From Torpedo marmorata (Eukaryota), in the NCBI GenBank assembly GCA_977017645.1, contig OZ360247.1, positions 16,306,001-16,370,000 of the forward strand: a stretch of DNA of 64,000 bases, given 5' to 3'. Position numbers and translations under genes: made by a program. The notes under the pieces were generated by a model. That model ran no database searches, was not told the origin of the DNA, and saw nothing but the letters and a program-made list of their open reading frames with translations. Positions 40,680 through 53,910 of this stretch are shown here, one piece after another (the first letter of the stretch is position 1; each line of letters starts with the position of its first letter).

Positions 40680-41102
40680 TAATCAGAAAAAGAATTAGAA
40701 TTTATTGTCATGAACAAGTCATGAAATTCGGTGTTTTGCGGCAGCATCATAGTGCAAACATTCATATTATAACCATCTTACAACATTACTATAAAAAAAT
40801 AAAAATAATAGTGCACGAAAAGTAAGGCAGTGTCTTTGGTTCATTGATTATTCAGGAATCTGATGGCAGCGGGGAAGAAGCTGTCCTTGTGACTTTGAGT
40901 GCTCGACTTTAGGCTCCTATACCTTTTCCCCGATGGTAGCAGAGTGAAGAGGGCATGGCCTAGGTGGTGGGGGGGTCTTTGAGGACAGAGGCTGCTTTTT
41001 AAAGACACCGTCTCGGGTAGATGTCCTCGAAGAAGTGAAGTCTGGTGCCTGTGATGTCACAGGCCGAGTTAACAACCCTGTTTATTCTTGTCCTGAGAGT
41101 TG
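40680..41102 (-). mobile_element. Rex1/Babar LINE 3' fragment (same family as 1488-3375)
   Basis: Highly similar to 1495-1910. A shorter tail fragment lies at ~36856-36920. Confidence 0.88.
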
Positions 41103-43464
41103 TTAGATAAGGTGCTAGACAGACAGACCGATAAGTGGATAGATAGAATGGATGATTGGAGAAGAGATGCGCGTGATATGCGCCTCATTCAACCCCGTTC
41201 AATGGATATATTATCTGTCTGTATGATTTTAATTCAAATGTAATGAACAATAATCCAATATGGTTCCAGCGACATATCCCATCGGAAGATGGGCTCTCAC
41301 TGGGCGCATGGGACGTGGTGCATTTGATCGTGGTTTATTTGCTGAGGTCGTTCATTCCTTTCATTGGGGGGAGGGGAGAGGGAGGGGGAGGGGGCCCTCT
41401 CTGATATTCCAGAATTAACTGTGGAGTTAAACACGAAAAGTCCGCGATTCTCCTTCGAAACTTTAAGACTGCGGCGCCTTGCTCCTGCAAAGTTTCATCA
41501 ACTCTGAACTTAATTGGAATCTCTGCTAAAGAGTGGATTAATTTGGATAGTTTCCATATGGGTTTGAGTTGAAGAAACGCCATCGGTCAAATTACCGCGA
41601 ATTTCCGTCTCACATATGCCGGAAAATTAAACGAGCGTCCGGGAATTAAATGCAGCTTCGCCTCAATTTGGTATTTGGAGTCTCTCTAAAAGCAGGTGCG
41701 CATTCTGAGTTTATAGCCGCTATTGATTCCGGCGAGTAAACGCATTCACGTTGTTGCTCTCTCCTCCTCGTCTTCAATGATCTGAACGAAACATTAATAA
41801 ACTGTGTTAATAACATGAATGCGTTTACTTTCAGCGTGTTTAACTGTATGCTCACATGTGTATAAAAGTAGCGAGCAGTGTCTCCGGAAGAACTCGTGCA
41901 TTCTTCCATCAGCGTCCAAACGCAAGCCATTATTAGAGTTCGGGGATGTTCTATTCCGACGGTCAGTTCTGTGACATAAAACAGGCGAAATTCCTTGTTA
42001 ACCACTTACAGGAATATCCCATAGAGGAAGTTGGAAAGGATGGAATCGAAAAAGCCTGGCAATGTTATCAATGCGTTTTAAAATAAATATAAGTATTACC
42101 GAAGCTGAATAGATGTCACATTCTTTGCAAGGGCTGAGACTTTATTTCCACATTAAAAATGCGTTGCAAAAAAACAATCGCAGTGCCTTTTTACATTCAA
42201 TAATATAGAACAACGAGTAAATGTATAATCCGAGCTTTTGTGGACGCGCTGTTTGTTTGGTTCCCATCGTGAGTGCGGTTAAACGAACGCTGAAATGCGC
42301 CCAGAGATGTATGAAGAGACTGTTAGTGCAAAAACAATGCCAACAAGCGGGGACTGAATGGTGTGTTCTTCAAATCTGTATTCGATAACAATTTCCAAGT
42401 GATTTTATTTTAAATTGGCATTTCTCCGATTTTTTATCGTTTGTGCGCATCGAGAAATTAATTTCTGCAGGAATTTCTCCAAGGTATGAGGGGCCTCGCG
42501 CCATTTTATCGTAGGTGTCCTGCTCACTAAACCCTCCTCGTCCTCTCCTCCTCCTCTTCAATGGTCTGAAAGAAACATGAATAAACTGTGTTCATAACCC
42601 TACAAATATGACCCTACCTGAACGTTCTTCGCTTAAATACAACATTATGATTAAATCTTCGCTGAACAATGGCTGCACGGGGTTTCTACTACCAATGCTG
42701 TCATTTTCATTGTGTGCATCTCATTTAAATAACGTTAATTTATATATGCATCGTTTTCACTAGCTGGCCACCAGCGCCGGAGACAAAATCCCGCATATTA
42801 ATGCCTCGTTTTTGACCGGCCTGGTAATTCTTGTCGTAAATCCTGTGGATTCTGAATGTTTTTGAGGTGTGTGGGAAGCGAACGTTCGCAATGAGAATTC
42901 CAGCGTTTGGATTAAGGGGAAATCTTCATGATTCACGATGCAGTGTCCTCCAGAAGTAGCAATTGACTTTTTTATTTATTTACGTGGCATAAAATCCCAA
43001 TCTGGTAGTTCTGAGCAATGGCTATTTTCATCGTGCTGATGCTCATTGCATTTACTTGTACATCCTAGCCGTTCAGAAGCACCTTCGCCCTTTCAACGGC
43101 TACTCCGTTTACCAAGGCCGAGTGCAATGTTCACATTGAAGTTCACGTCCAAATGGCATTTTAAAGTGAAAGATGCCGAACCAATGTTCTCAGTGTTGGC
43201 TTTCTTATTGATCGCTAATCCTATTTTTGGGTGAGACCGTTCTGACAGATTGTCTCGAATTATCGCAGATCCAGATTGTTTTTCAGCAGTGCATCCTGAG
43301 AGTGGAAACAACAATGCATGTCCAATTTGCATATAATGTGGATTACGAAAACCTTGCGCCAATTGAAACAACAACGCAGACTTCTGCTTGGATTAGCAAT
43401 ATAATATTAGCAATATTTAGCTTGTAGCTACACGCAGATGTCGGTTGCTACCCGCCTCATAATT

Positions 43465-44765
43465 CATAGATTTTCAGATTTCAGATTTATTGTCAGAGTA
43501 CATACATGAGATTCTTTTTTTCCTGCGGGCGCGGCAGAATTACCACTAATTGGTAGTGCAAAAACTAAACTGTACACAGCGTAAAACATGTAAACAATCA
43601 AAAGAACTGTAAACAGATAACGAATGTAAACAAACTGACTGTGCAATACAGGGAGAGCAAATAAAATCAATAAAGTGCACAAGTAAGAGAATTTAAATGA
43701 GTCTCTGATTGAGTTTGTCGTTAAGGAGTCTGATGGTGGAGGGGTGGCAGCTGTTCCTGAACCTGGTGGTGCGAATCTTGTGGCACCTATGCTATACCTC
43801 TTTCCTGATGGCAGCAGCGAGAACACAGCGTGTGCTGGGTGGTGTGGGTCTTTGATGATTGCTGCTGCTCTCCGACGGCAGCGTTCCCTGTAGATGTTCT
43901 CGATAGTGGGGAGGGCTTTGCCTGTAATGTCCTGGGCTGTGTCCACTACCTTTTGGAGGGCTTTACGCTCAGGGGTAATGGTGTTCCCATACCAGACCCT
44001 GATGCAGCCGATCAGCACACTTTCCACCACACATCTGTAGAAACTTGCCAGGGTTTCTGATGTCATACCAATAGCCTGAACACGACTGGGATTGTCTGAT
44101 CTCGGAAGCTTAGCAGGCACAGGACTGGTCAGTACTTGGAGGGGAGACCGCCTTGGAACACCAGGTGCTGTAGGTTTCTGTGAGGGGCGCTGGACAAAGT
44201 AGCGACCCTCTGTCTGCCTTACGGTCGAAAAGAATTAAACAATTTCATGTATGTTACATTCTAAAACTGTAGTATTACATGACAATAATGGAACGTTTAC
44301 CTTTGCCTCCGCAAACTCCTGAGGAAGTAGAGGCGCTGACGTGCTTTGTTCACGATGCCATTGGTGTGTTGGGTCCAGGAAAGACCTTCCGAGATAGTGA
44401 CTCCAAGAACCTAAATTTGCTCACCCTCTCCACCTCTGATCCCCCAATGATCACTGGATTGTATACCTCTGGCTTTCCTTTCCTGGTCAACAATCAGCTC
44501 CTTAGTTTTGGTGACATTTGGTGATAACCTTACACTCAAGGTTGTTGTTGGTGCACCATTCAGCCAAGTTTTCAATCTCCATCCTGCATGCTGATTCATC
44601 CCTTTCCTTTATACAACCCATTACCGTGGTATCGTCTGCAAATTTGTAGATGGTGTTATTGTCATACCGAGCTACACAGTCGTAGGTGTAAAGTGAGTAG
44701 AGCAGGGGGCTAAGAACACAGCCCGTGGTGCTCCGGTACTGATGGAGATTGTGGAGTAGATTTGC
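43465..44765 (-). mobile_element. Rex1/Babar LINE fragment (second subfamily) interrupted by a 5S-SINE
   Basis: Minus-strand FYRCVVESVLIGCIRVWYG and IIKDPHHPAHAVFSLLPSGKRY, ISTGAP, and an AATAAATCTGAAATCTGAAA tail. Ends ~1.6 kb upstream of the HoxB10 ATG. Confidence 0.85.
44067..44304 (+). mobile_element. 5S rRNA-derived SINE (SINE3-like), near full length
   Basis: 44067-44177 aligns to 5S rRNA (GTCTGATCTCGGAAGCTTAGCAGG...AGTACTTGGAGGGGAGACCGCC...GGTGCTGTAGG), followed by a ~125-bp non-5S body shared with the 28519-28706 copy. Confidence 0.85.
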
Positions 44766-46199
44766 AAGTGTATGTAAACGGCGGCGAGTGGATCTGGAAG
44801 GGGGAGGGACGGGCGACGGAATTTTTGTATACTGTCCAAAGGCCTGCCTAGTGCTCTTCCCACCCTATTAAGTGAGGAGGTAATCTCGGTTATTAAGGAG
44901 CCATATTAGAACTTGTCCCAAAAAGTTTGGTTTGATATACTTTAAACAGACGCTGCGAAGTCTCATACTGGTATACATAACTTCCCTCCGACCTTATCAC
45001 TCATGCCTCCTCCCTCCCCCCCCCCCCCCTTGGTTTTAGATTGTCCTATGCGGCGCCCAAAATACTGTACTCCGGGGTCTTGTTCTAAGAACGGTGCAGA
45101 ATTATCTTCCTATCTATTCTCATAGAAGCAGTCTCTCAGCCATTTTTGCAGTATTACAGTGTGAATAAAATTGTCCCCACTCGCATCTCGTCCACGTGGC
45201 AATAACACAGCACAATCTCCAATTGGAGTGCTGAAATTTTACCCGATTATGAATCGAAAGCGTCTATTTTTAGTTCAGGCCACTTTAGATAATGTATTTG
45301 TCGGCTGGATACGTCTCACTCCAACCCCATAAAATCTGAAGGCACAAGATTTCGTTTCCAAACCGCGCGGCTGCTGCGCCGTGGAGTTAAACTGTGTGTA
45401 GAGTGAACGCTTTTAGTTTCAGTCAGCAAGGCAGATTTAATTGAGATTGAAAATGTCAACTTCACTAGATCTGCAGCTGGTCAGTTGTCAATAAAGCACT
45501 CCTCTCGGCCATCGACGGGCTTTAGACTTTTGTCTTCCTAAATATTTGCAACTGCGACCAGGGGAGGGACGGACAAAAATGAAACGTTTTTTAAACTAAT
45601 AGAGCACACGTAATATGCAGCCATTACCAAATACAAGAAGTTTGCACTCCGCTTGTGTAAACTATGCAATCAACTTCAGGGCAATGAACTCCTAATTTTA
45701 TGTCCATTCGCTATAATATTGTTAATGTCACTTTAACTGCACGACATTTTGAAATCGTCAATTAACGTGCACTCTGTCCACTAAATTATATGTTTGTATG
45801 TGTATGTGCATAATGTACATATTACAGCGTGTGCATGAGATGCCAACATTCTCATTCAAATTAAACATTATTTGCACGAGTGAATATTATTTTTCAGCTT
45901 TCGTATCATGCACCCTGAATGGGTGTTTCTGTCATATATTCATTAAACACAACAGAGCTCCATCAACGTTGCTGCCGTCGCCATAATGTCTGAAAGGAGA
46001 CTGTAAATTTTAAACTTGTTGGGTGACTTTGTCTCAAGAAACATTAATCGCGTTAAAGAGTAAGCGCAAAAGGCCAGAATAACTCCTCTCCGTTGGTCGG
46101 TAAAAGCAGAATTAACAAGCTTGTATTTGTCACGGTAACTAGGTGTTGCTGAACCCCACAAATGCATCAATTTTCTTCTCATTGCAAAACCCCCCTGTT

Positions 46200-46409
46200 A
46201 TCTGGGCGGGGCCAGCACTGTCTCGCTAGATGCTGATTGGTCAATTGAAAGGAAGTTGTACACAGCCGACGTCTGATGATTCCAAGGGAAATGTCAGTTT
46301 GATAAGGACCTTCATTTTCATTGCCAACCCCCCCACCAACCCCCCCCCCCCCCAACCACCATCTTCCCCCACCCCCATCAACCACTGCTCAACAAATTAA
46401 ACTGCAGCT
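46200..46409 (+). promoter_or_regulatory. Putative HoxB10 proximal promoter/5' UTR
   Basis: GC box GGGCGGGG at 46204-46211, inverted CCAAT (GATTGG) at 46235-46240, and C-rich tracts just upstream of the ATG. Confidence 0.5.
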
Positions 46410-47103
46410 ATGTCATGTTCGGAAAATTCTGCATCAAGATCGTTCTCAGTCAGGGCTTTAATCTGCTCCAGCCAGGCTGAACATTACTGTCCCGTGGGCT
46501 GTTTGTCCTCTGGACCGGACCAGGGCTACGGGGCACAGAATTGTCATCGTAAACAGGACGAGATGAACCACCAGCAAAGTCTCGGTCTGGTTCCACATCA
46601 GTACGTGCCAGGTATGGCGGGATGGGCTCCATCTCCATCCGGCCACACAAGCCGACTTCAGCAGATAAACACTTACGCCTTCGCGTCTAGCGTGAAGGAA
46701 GAAGCCAATTACTGTATACTAGACGGGGATAAACATATGAAGACGGTCCCGGAGTTCTCGGTGTACCCGAGGGTGGTGTCTGAAATGTGTACAAGCGATA
46801 GTGGCAGGGTCCCTGTCCCCATCTATTTCCGTTCCGAACCGATGTACACATCCAACAAATCCATGGATTACAATCAGCCGCAGCCATCCTCGATTCCGTC
46901 CTGCATTCCCTTCGCATCTTCCTTCGCCTCGTCGTCCTCGTCAAAACCAGGTGAAAAAGCCATAAAAGTGAGCAGCCAGAGCGACCCTGGCCGCGTAGAT
47001 CCCGGAAAAACGCCAGAGGGAAGAGAAAGTGACTTTGTCCAAGATACACCCACTTTAGCGTTTCCTGGCGCGGACCGGGCCCTGTCCGAGAAAGAAACAA
47101 AAG
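46410..47103 (+). CDS. hoxb10: Homeobox protein Hox-B10, exon 1
   Basis: ORF starts MSCSENSASRSFSVRALI (Hox10-type N-terminus) and contains VKEE and VPVPIYFR (cf. Hox10 VPVPGYFR). It ends at a phase-1 donor AAG|GTGAGT at 47103/47104 that joins in frame to exon 2. The B-cluster assignment comes from linkage to HoxB9 and the absence of Hox11/12 in the 46 kb upstream. Confidence 0.9.
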
Positions 47104-47179
47104 GTGAGTAAAACCACGAAACAAATCAAGACAAGCAAATCAGAGCAGGAACACAGAGCAACTCTCTCATCTGCGGCAA

Positions 47180-47270
47180 GGTGACTTTATTTAGGCCATA
47201 AAGGGGCCTTTTTGTCCAAGCACAAAGGACCCTCAGCACAAATTAATACCTTAAGTAATTTATAGGACAG
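47180..47270 (+). promoter_or_regulatory. HB1-like/Cdx motif cluster at the 5' end of the HoxB10 intron
   Basis: TTTATT at 47186-47191 and CCATAAA at 47196-47202, followed by ACAAAG and AATTTATAG. Confidence 0.35.
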
Positions 47271-47797
47271 GCTCTTTACTGCAGAGTAAATTGCAAACAC
47301 GTTTAAGTGACCCTTTTAAAGATCAAAACGTCGAAAGGTTTCTGTTCTGAAGGCCGCTTCTCAGTTGCTTTTAAAACCGCTGTAAATGTCCCCTATAAAA
47401 AGAAATCCCACGTAGGCAAAAGAGCAACGAGACTTTTCAGAATGATTTGAGAATTGTTGAGTAGAAAACTTTTAACTGCTGTTATTTCAAATTGAAAACG
47501 AATTTGAAATAGCGCTTGCATAACTGAAATGAGAAGAACTGTGCCAAGATATTTTTATAGCCATGCACATCCAGTTAAATTTATATGATTGTATAATAAA
47601 TAAAGCAATAAGCATTTTTAAACATTTACAAGGTTTGGTGTATATCAGTCCACATGCAGAGCAGCTAAACATGTGCCCATGTGATTATATTGATTATGTT
47701 TTCATATAATATCGCAGGTATGCGAGTGGGAAGCAAATGGAACAAACGAGCCAATTCGTGATACACACATCCATTGGTGGTGAATATAGTTATGCAT

Positions 47798-47852
47798 ATG
47801 TGTGTACGTGTGTGTACGTGTGTGTGTTTGTGTGTGTGTGTACGTGTGCGTG
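47798..47852. repeat. Imperfect (GT)n microsatellite in the HoxB10 intron
   Basis: Directly visible. Confidence 0.85.
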
Positions 47853-50691
47853 AGAGAGGTAGAGAGAGCGAATGAGAGGAAGGGGTGATGGAAATGAAGG
47901 AGCATATGCAATATTCCAAGGTTTTATACGTACTAACATATAAATGCTATTACGCACGGAGGAATATTCCATTTAATAAAATCACAGATAGTGATCGAGT
48001 TTAGAGTTTGTGTAAGTATCGCACTGGTGACCAGCAATATTTTTCATGACTTGTTATGGGTGTTGATGTATTGGACATGAGTCTGGCATCCCGAGAACAT
48101 CAACCTAAGCACACAACGACGGCATTTTAATGCTGGCTCATGTATCAAAACAATCTAAGATGCAACCATAAATTCCAAGTACTGAATATACATAAAATGA
48201 ACACGTTGGCACCATATGATGTTTACCTCACGTCGGTTTGTTGCCATGGAGCTAAAGTATGGCACCAAATAAAAATTACATCACACAGTGCTGCAGAGAT
48301 ATCACTGCATTATTTAATGAAATCTTGCTGCTTATTAACTCAGGATGAAACGAGTAACAATGGAAAACCAATTGAACTAAATATTATTCCCAGGTATCCT
48401 GGACAGCATTTCTTAATTGTTACAATTTCAGTCGTGCCCAAGGTGTGGTCTTTTTCCATCTGGTGAATATCAAGCATTTATTTTGTTATTGCATTGTAAG
48501 TTCCCTCAGAAACTTACTTTTGTTCAACAGGTGAGCAATAATAGACATATATAAAATATAGAGTTATCACGCATTTACCCTGTCCCAAAGCAGCTCTACA
48601 AAACAGGAAGGAACGAGCTGGTATGCAACAGGATGCAATAACTTGGAGAACGTTACAATAAACTCGGACCCACCACCACGGATTTCCCACACCTAATCCA
48701 CGCTCAAAAAATAGTGAGAATTGTAAAAGCAAAGCCACTTCAACATTAGTCGACAAACCCTGAGTGAATAAAGACTCGGTAACCTCAAGTTTAAATGATT
48801 TGTTCCGTGCTTGTGTGTGTGTGTTTTTTGCGTGGGATGTTGAGATTTAAATATATGTCGAAGCCCTGACTTTATTGGGTGTTTACCCACATAATCGAGT
48901 GACACAAACCAAGAGAACATACTAGACATCAAGCCACAATGGAGCATATAAATGTTTGTATTGTTATGGAAATGTAGGACATGTTAATTACACATTACAC
49001 TTTGAATCTGAGTCAAGGTATTGTAAATCGACCTGATGTGTCCCTTGTCCGACGAGATAAAGACGAAACACCTCACAAGTCAGATTAACTCTCAGTTAGG
49101 AAGAGATATAATTTTTTTTGAATTAGGTCTTTATTAATTTGATATGTTACTGTCTAATTTAGTAATAATATTTGATTGTAGCTAAATTAGGAGACCAATC
49201 AAACTACGGGCCAGTTATTAAATTATAACGAATCTAAATTAATAAACTATAACAAATAGATCTAGCTGGCCATTATTACAATTTACCTATAAGCATTCTC
49301 CTTTGAGACAAAGTCTCTCCTGACTGATTTCGAACCAATAAATTGTTGGATTGGTCTCCAACAGATTACTCGTCGTTGGCTAAATTTAATTCCACAGAGA
49401 GCAATATAGTTCAGAAATACAGTACTTTGTTAAAACAAAAACACAGAGCATAACCTGCACAGAACATTTGATATACCAAGTTTTAGGAGATGATTTAACT
49501 GCAATTTTTAATGCATGATAACAAAAAAATGAGGGAAAGCGAAACTTAATGACAAACTCCCGCCATTTTTGCTGCACTGAAATAAAGTCAGTTTCATCCC
49601 AAAAGGTGAATGATATTGGATAGTAGATAATAAATGCCCAATTTTTAATTGACAATTGTTGGGATTCCGTCAGTTTTACAAAAAAATAATGCTGATAACA
49701 AAAAAGCGGTAATGCAACACTATGTTGCTACTTGAATGCATTTGTTACTTCTCTATTTGCGACGCGTTTAGCTATTATTAAATTATAGTAATTAGCAAAA
49801 CGTGACATTTAACGTAGCACACGAGACCTTCCAACGCGATATTAACATAGTTTATTTCGTAAGTAATTACCAGTCTCTTTAACAATCCGTCAGAAATGTG
49901 TACATTTATTTTCAATGCCATCTATGCTTGGCCGTATTTCATTTCAAGTCCTTAGCATCCCGGATACTCGGACTAATGAGTAATTGTTTATGCTTTTGAA
50001 GCATTCAAGGAAAGGCAACACAGCATGCAATTCCTATGTTGATCTGAGCACTGTCAAGTAAAAACATTATTTGAATAAGGAAGCTTACACACAGGGTAAG
50101 CAGCATCAAATAGGCCACGTAATATCTGCCAAACAAATGCAGCGGAGAAGCCGAAATGTTTTCAGACCAAACAATATTTGGATTATTTATGTTAAAACAC
50201 TTGACATTGCTTAAACATAGATGAACGAAATGTTGGAATTTCTCCTTTTGTACGCATCTAATTAAAATGTAATATATGGCAAATTTTCAGTATCATCAAT
50301 TATTTACAATACGCGCATGAAACATTATTGATATGCAGCAAGTGTCCCATAATCAGACCGTGCACTTCGGCGAGTATTTAACCACAGGTTTCCGCCTTTA
50401 AAAACACCCGTGGAGTGAAAGATCTTGAACAATTTAGTTTATTGGGAATATTGGGAATTATAACATGAAACTAGATGTGATCGTTTTTTTAAAGACTTTG
50501 AATTCTCGACAAGGTCACGGTCAATCAATAGTCATTTGCATATACGTTAAGCAGTGATATTCAGATTGTTTCTTTCAGTAGTTGATTGAAACCTTTCAGG
50601 TGAAGAACGGGCCCGATGCAGCCTGTTTACTCTTTCCTGAACAATCGATTTCAGATAAATGCTATCAGCTTTGTTAAGAAACTACTCTCTG

Positions 50692-52509
50692 AAAACTTCA
50701 ATTCCATCTCCACCCAAGAGGGGTGATTCTCTAGCTATCAAAATGCAATAACAAAAGCAAATTACGAATATTAATCGCCCAGTAATAAAATCTAAAATCT
50801 GGAAGTGATAACACTCCGTTCCTTTTGATCTTTTGAAGATGGGGTTTATTTATACGTGGTTGTTTTCCCTGCCATATATATGAAGAAAGAACCGAATCTA
50901 AAGAAGTAAAAAAAGTTTTAGGAATACAAATTGGTAAAGATTGGAAAAGATACAGGAATTTAGGCAAGATATTCATTTTAATCGAATTAATACGGTCCAT
51001 CATTGTAATAGATAAGGGTGACCAACCCGCTAATTGTAATTTAACCTTGTTAACTAATACCCAACAATTTTCTTTCAATAAACTTTTATGACTTTTTGTA
51101 ATTGTTATTCCTAAATATTGGAATTGATCATTCACTATTTTAAACGGAAAATTGGGATAACTAACAAGAGGTCCACTTGAAGGCAATAATTCACTCTTAT
51201 GTAAATTTAATTTGTAACCTGAAAATTGACTAAATTGAGTAAACAAGGTTAATATATTTGGTATAGAGACGTCAGGGTTTGAAATAAATAACAATAAACC
51301 GTCTGCATAGAGAGATACTTTATGTTCAATTCCGTTTCTAGTTATACCTTTAAATTTTCTACACTGTCGAAGAGCAACAGCTAGAGGTTCTAATACTATA
51401 TCAAAAAGCAAAGGACTTAACGGGCAACCCTGACGAGTTCCTCTATTAAGCCGAAACATATTTGATTGTTGTAAATTAGATCGAACGGAGGCCATAGGGC
51501 ATGAATATAATAACCTTTTGGATTTATTGGAAATAAGAGTAGCTTCTATGATGGGGATTAAGAATGAATGGAAATGCGATTTGAATGTTACATTTTCAGC
51601 TGAAGACTGGTATTATACTCTTAATCTAATTAATGCCTCATCATTTTATGCAAGACATTGTTTATTACAATTTAAGGTGGTACATAGAATCCATATGTGT
51701 AAACTTAAAGTATCACGTTTTTACACGATATTGATCCATTGTGTGAGAGGTGTAAAATTTTTGAAGCTTCACTGATACATATGTTTTGGGAATGCCCTAA
51801 TTTGGAGAGATTTTGGAAGGATATTTTTAAAACATTAACATTGATTTTTAAGATTAAAATAGAACCATGTCCTATAATTGCCCTGTTTGGTTTTTCACGT
51901 GAACCAAATATACCTTTGTCCGTGTCTCAGGAGAAAGTTTTAGTTTTTTCCACGTTAATAGCCAGACGAGCAATTTTATTGAAATGGAAAGATGAGTCAC
52001 CACCGACACATAGACAGTGGTTACAGGACGTAATGTCCTATCTGAGTTTGGAAAAAATGAGATATAATATTAAAGATAGAAAGTTTCCATTTTTAAAGAT
52101 ATGGGGGCCATTCATAGAATACTATCATGATTGGAAGAATTAATAAAGCTGATTATCCCGAGGAGTCTTTGTCCGATGGCTGGAGGTCGCTACAGGATCC
52201 ATATTTCTTCCCTTTTGTTCTCCAATATAAAGGTAACCTTGTTTAGAGAGAGGGATTAAATTAGAATAGTCATGAGCGGTTTTTCTTTTTTTTGTTCTTG
52301 TTTTTTTTTTCCTTTTTATTTTATTTTGGATTATTCTTTTTTGTTATAATACCTACACGGAATAAGAGTTTTAACATGAATTTAGAACTTGGTCAATATG
52401 ACTTATTTGGTTTTTTTATACATGATTTTTCAAATGTTTTTCTTAACTTGTTATTCTGTATACATGTTTATTGTTGAAACTCAATAAAAATATTTTAAAA
52501 AGAATAAAG
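50692..52509. mobile_element. L1-clade LINE with 5' inversion inside the HoxB10 intron
   Basis: Minus-strand RT segment (RGTRQGCPLSPLLF, SLYADG, FSGYKLN) at 50692-~51515. Plus-strand C-terminus (CERC...HMFWEC), 3' UTR, AATAAA and A-rich tail at ~51516-52509. TSD AGAAAC(T/G)ACTCTCTG at 50677-50691 and 52510-52524. Confidence 0.88.
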
Positions 52510-53910
52510 AGAAACGACTCTCTGCAGCTGCACGTGCAAACCTGGCGAGTTTTCTATCTTACATGACTTTTATTCCTGTTATTCAAAATCAAAAATGTTC
52601 TTTATGTTTGACGGGTGAAATTGACATTGATATTTCCTTATTCTGTCAGCCCTCTTGTACTAACTTAAGTTATCTTAACATACCGTTTTTAGTATTATAT
52701 TAATTATATTTTGGTATTTATCCCATTTAATAATGTTACGTTTGACCTATTCGGGTGCTGGAAAACATGGATATGTCCACGCATCTATAAATTGCCAGTA
52801 GCAACATTTAATTCGTCACATTTCAATATAATTCAGCGGCGGCATGTGCATTTGCAGCGCGATTTATTTCAATCAACAAGGCATCCAGAGAAGAATTGCC
52901 GCATTGAAAGTACCTTACTCTACTATTTAGCCTTGAAAGTTTTATCAATGCAAGATTTAAAAAAAATGGGCGATGGCAAATCATTAAACCCACTTTTTGC
53001 ATAAAAGTAACAAATTAAATGTGAAAGTTTTAGCGAAAGATAGAAACTTAACCAGCTTTCCAAGTAGGCCGATAACTCTGTTAAAACATCTATGTTCATA
53101 TTCTAACCTTCTGGCTTTCCTGTTGCTCTCGGGTTCGTTCCCTTTCTTTGCAACATTTATACGAAAATCTCATGTAAGCATATTATTAGAATTGAAAGTT
53201 ATTTTGCAATGTGACGACTCATTTTGAAACATTACCCAAAAACATACAGTTGACATTAATTCTAGAAAGTAAATAGATGTTTAATAGATTTTTAAGTAAG
53301 ATATTCATAGGATATAAACTGTTTTATCTTAAACTTGTAGAGCAGGGTGTTTATATCATTAAGTAAAAGTATGTTCTGCTTATGACAAATTCTATTCTCT
53401 GATATTAAACACAACGACATTTACAGTAAAGCTATTGAGAACTCATGACTTTACTGAGCATCGGTTTTTATTTTCCAATCCATACCATTTCATTCCATGC
53501 CTTTCAATGCTTCTTAGTCTTGCTAGAAATCGAATACTATGTTTAATGTGATTCAATATAACATTTTAAATTGAACGGAAACAGGTATTGATTGTGTTTA
53601 TTTGTCCATTTGCAAATTCGGCTTTAATTAATGTTGAAATATATTTTTTATGATCACGAAGTTGTAACACAGTAATGCCTTTGGATTGCTGAGATCTTCT
53701 ACACGGTACTGTTACGGATAAAGATAAAATATAAATGCTTCATCTTCAGACAACAATGGGCTGACAATCCGACTCGTTCCCTGCTCCCCACTCGGACAAC
53801 TCATTGAAACTCCTGGGCATTATATTGTTCTGCTAAAATAGTGAAAACTAAAAATAAAGGTTTATTCAGTAGGTCGTTTGACAATTTGTTTTTTTTCCCC
53901 CGATTGACAG

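Noticed and set aside
41581-41690. Possible HoxB11 homeobox relic: minus-strand SKYQI and, in another frame, NLTD at roughly homeodomain spacing
   Set aside because: Opposite strand to the cluster, the intervening residues do not match, and no KIWFQN follows. Most likely chance; a tBLASTn/HMM search would settle it.
44067-44177. Functional 5S rRNA gene
   Set aside because: Divergent and 5'-shortened, lacks a terminator, is fused to a repeated non-5S body and is inserted in a LINE. It is a SINE head.
46450-47124. Antisense ORFs overlapping HoxB10 exon 1
   Set aside because: Shadow ORFs of GC-rich coding sequence with no recognisable domain.
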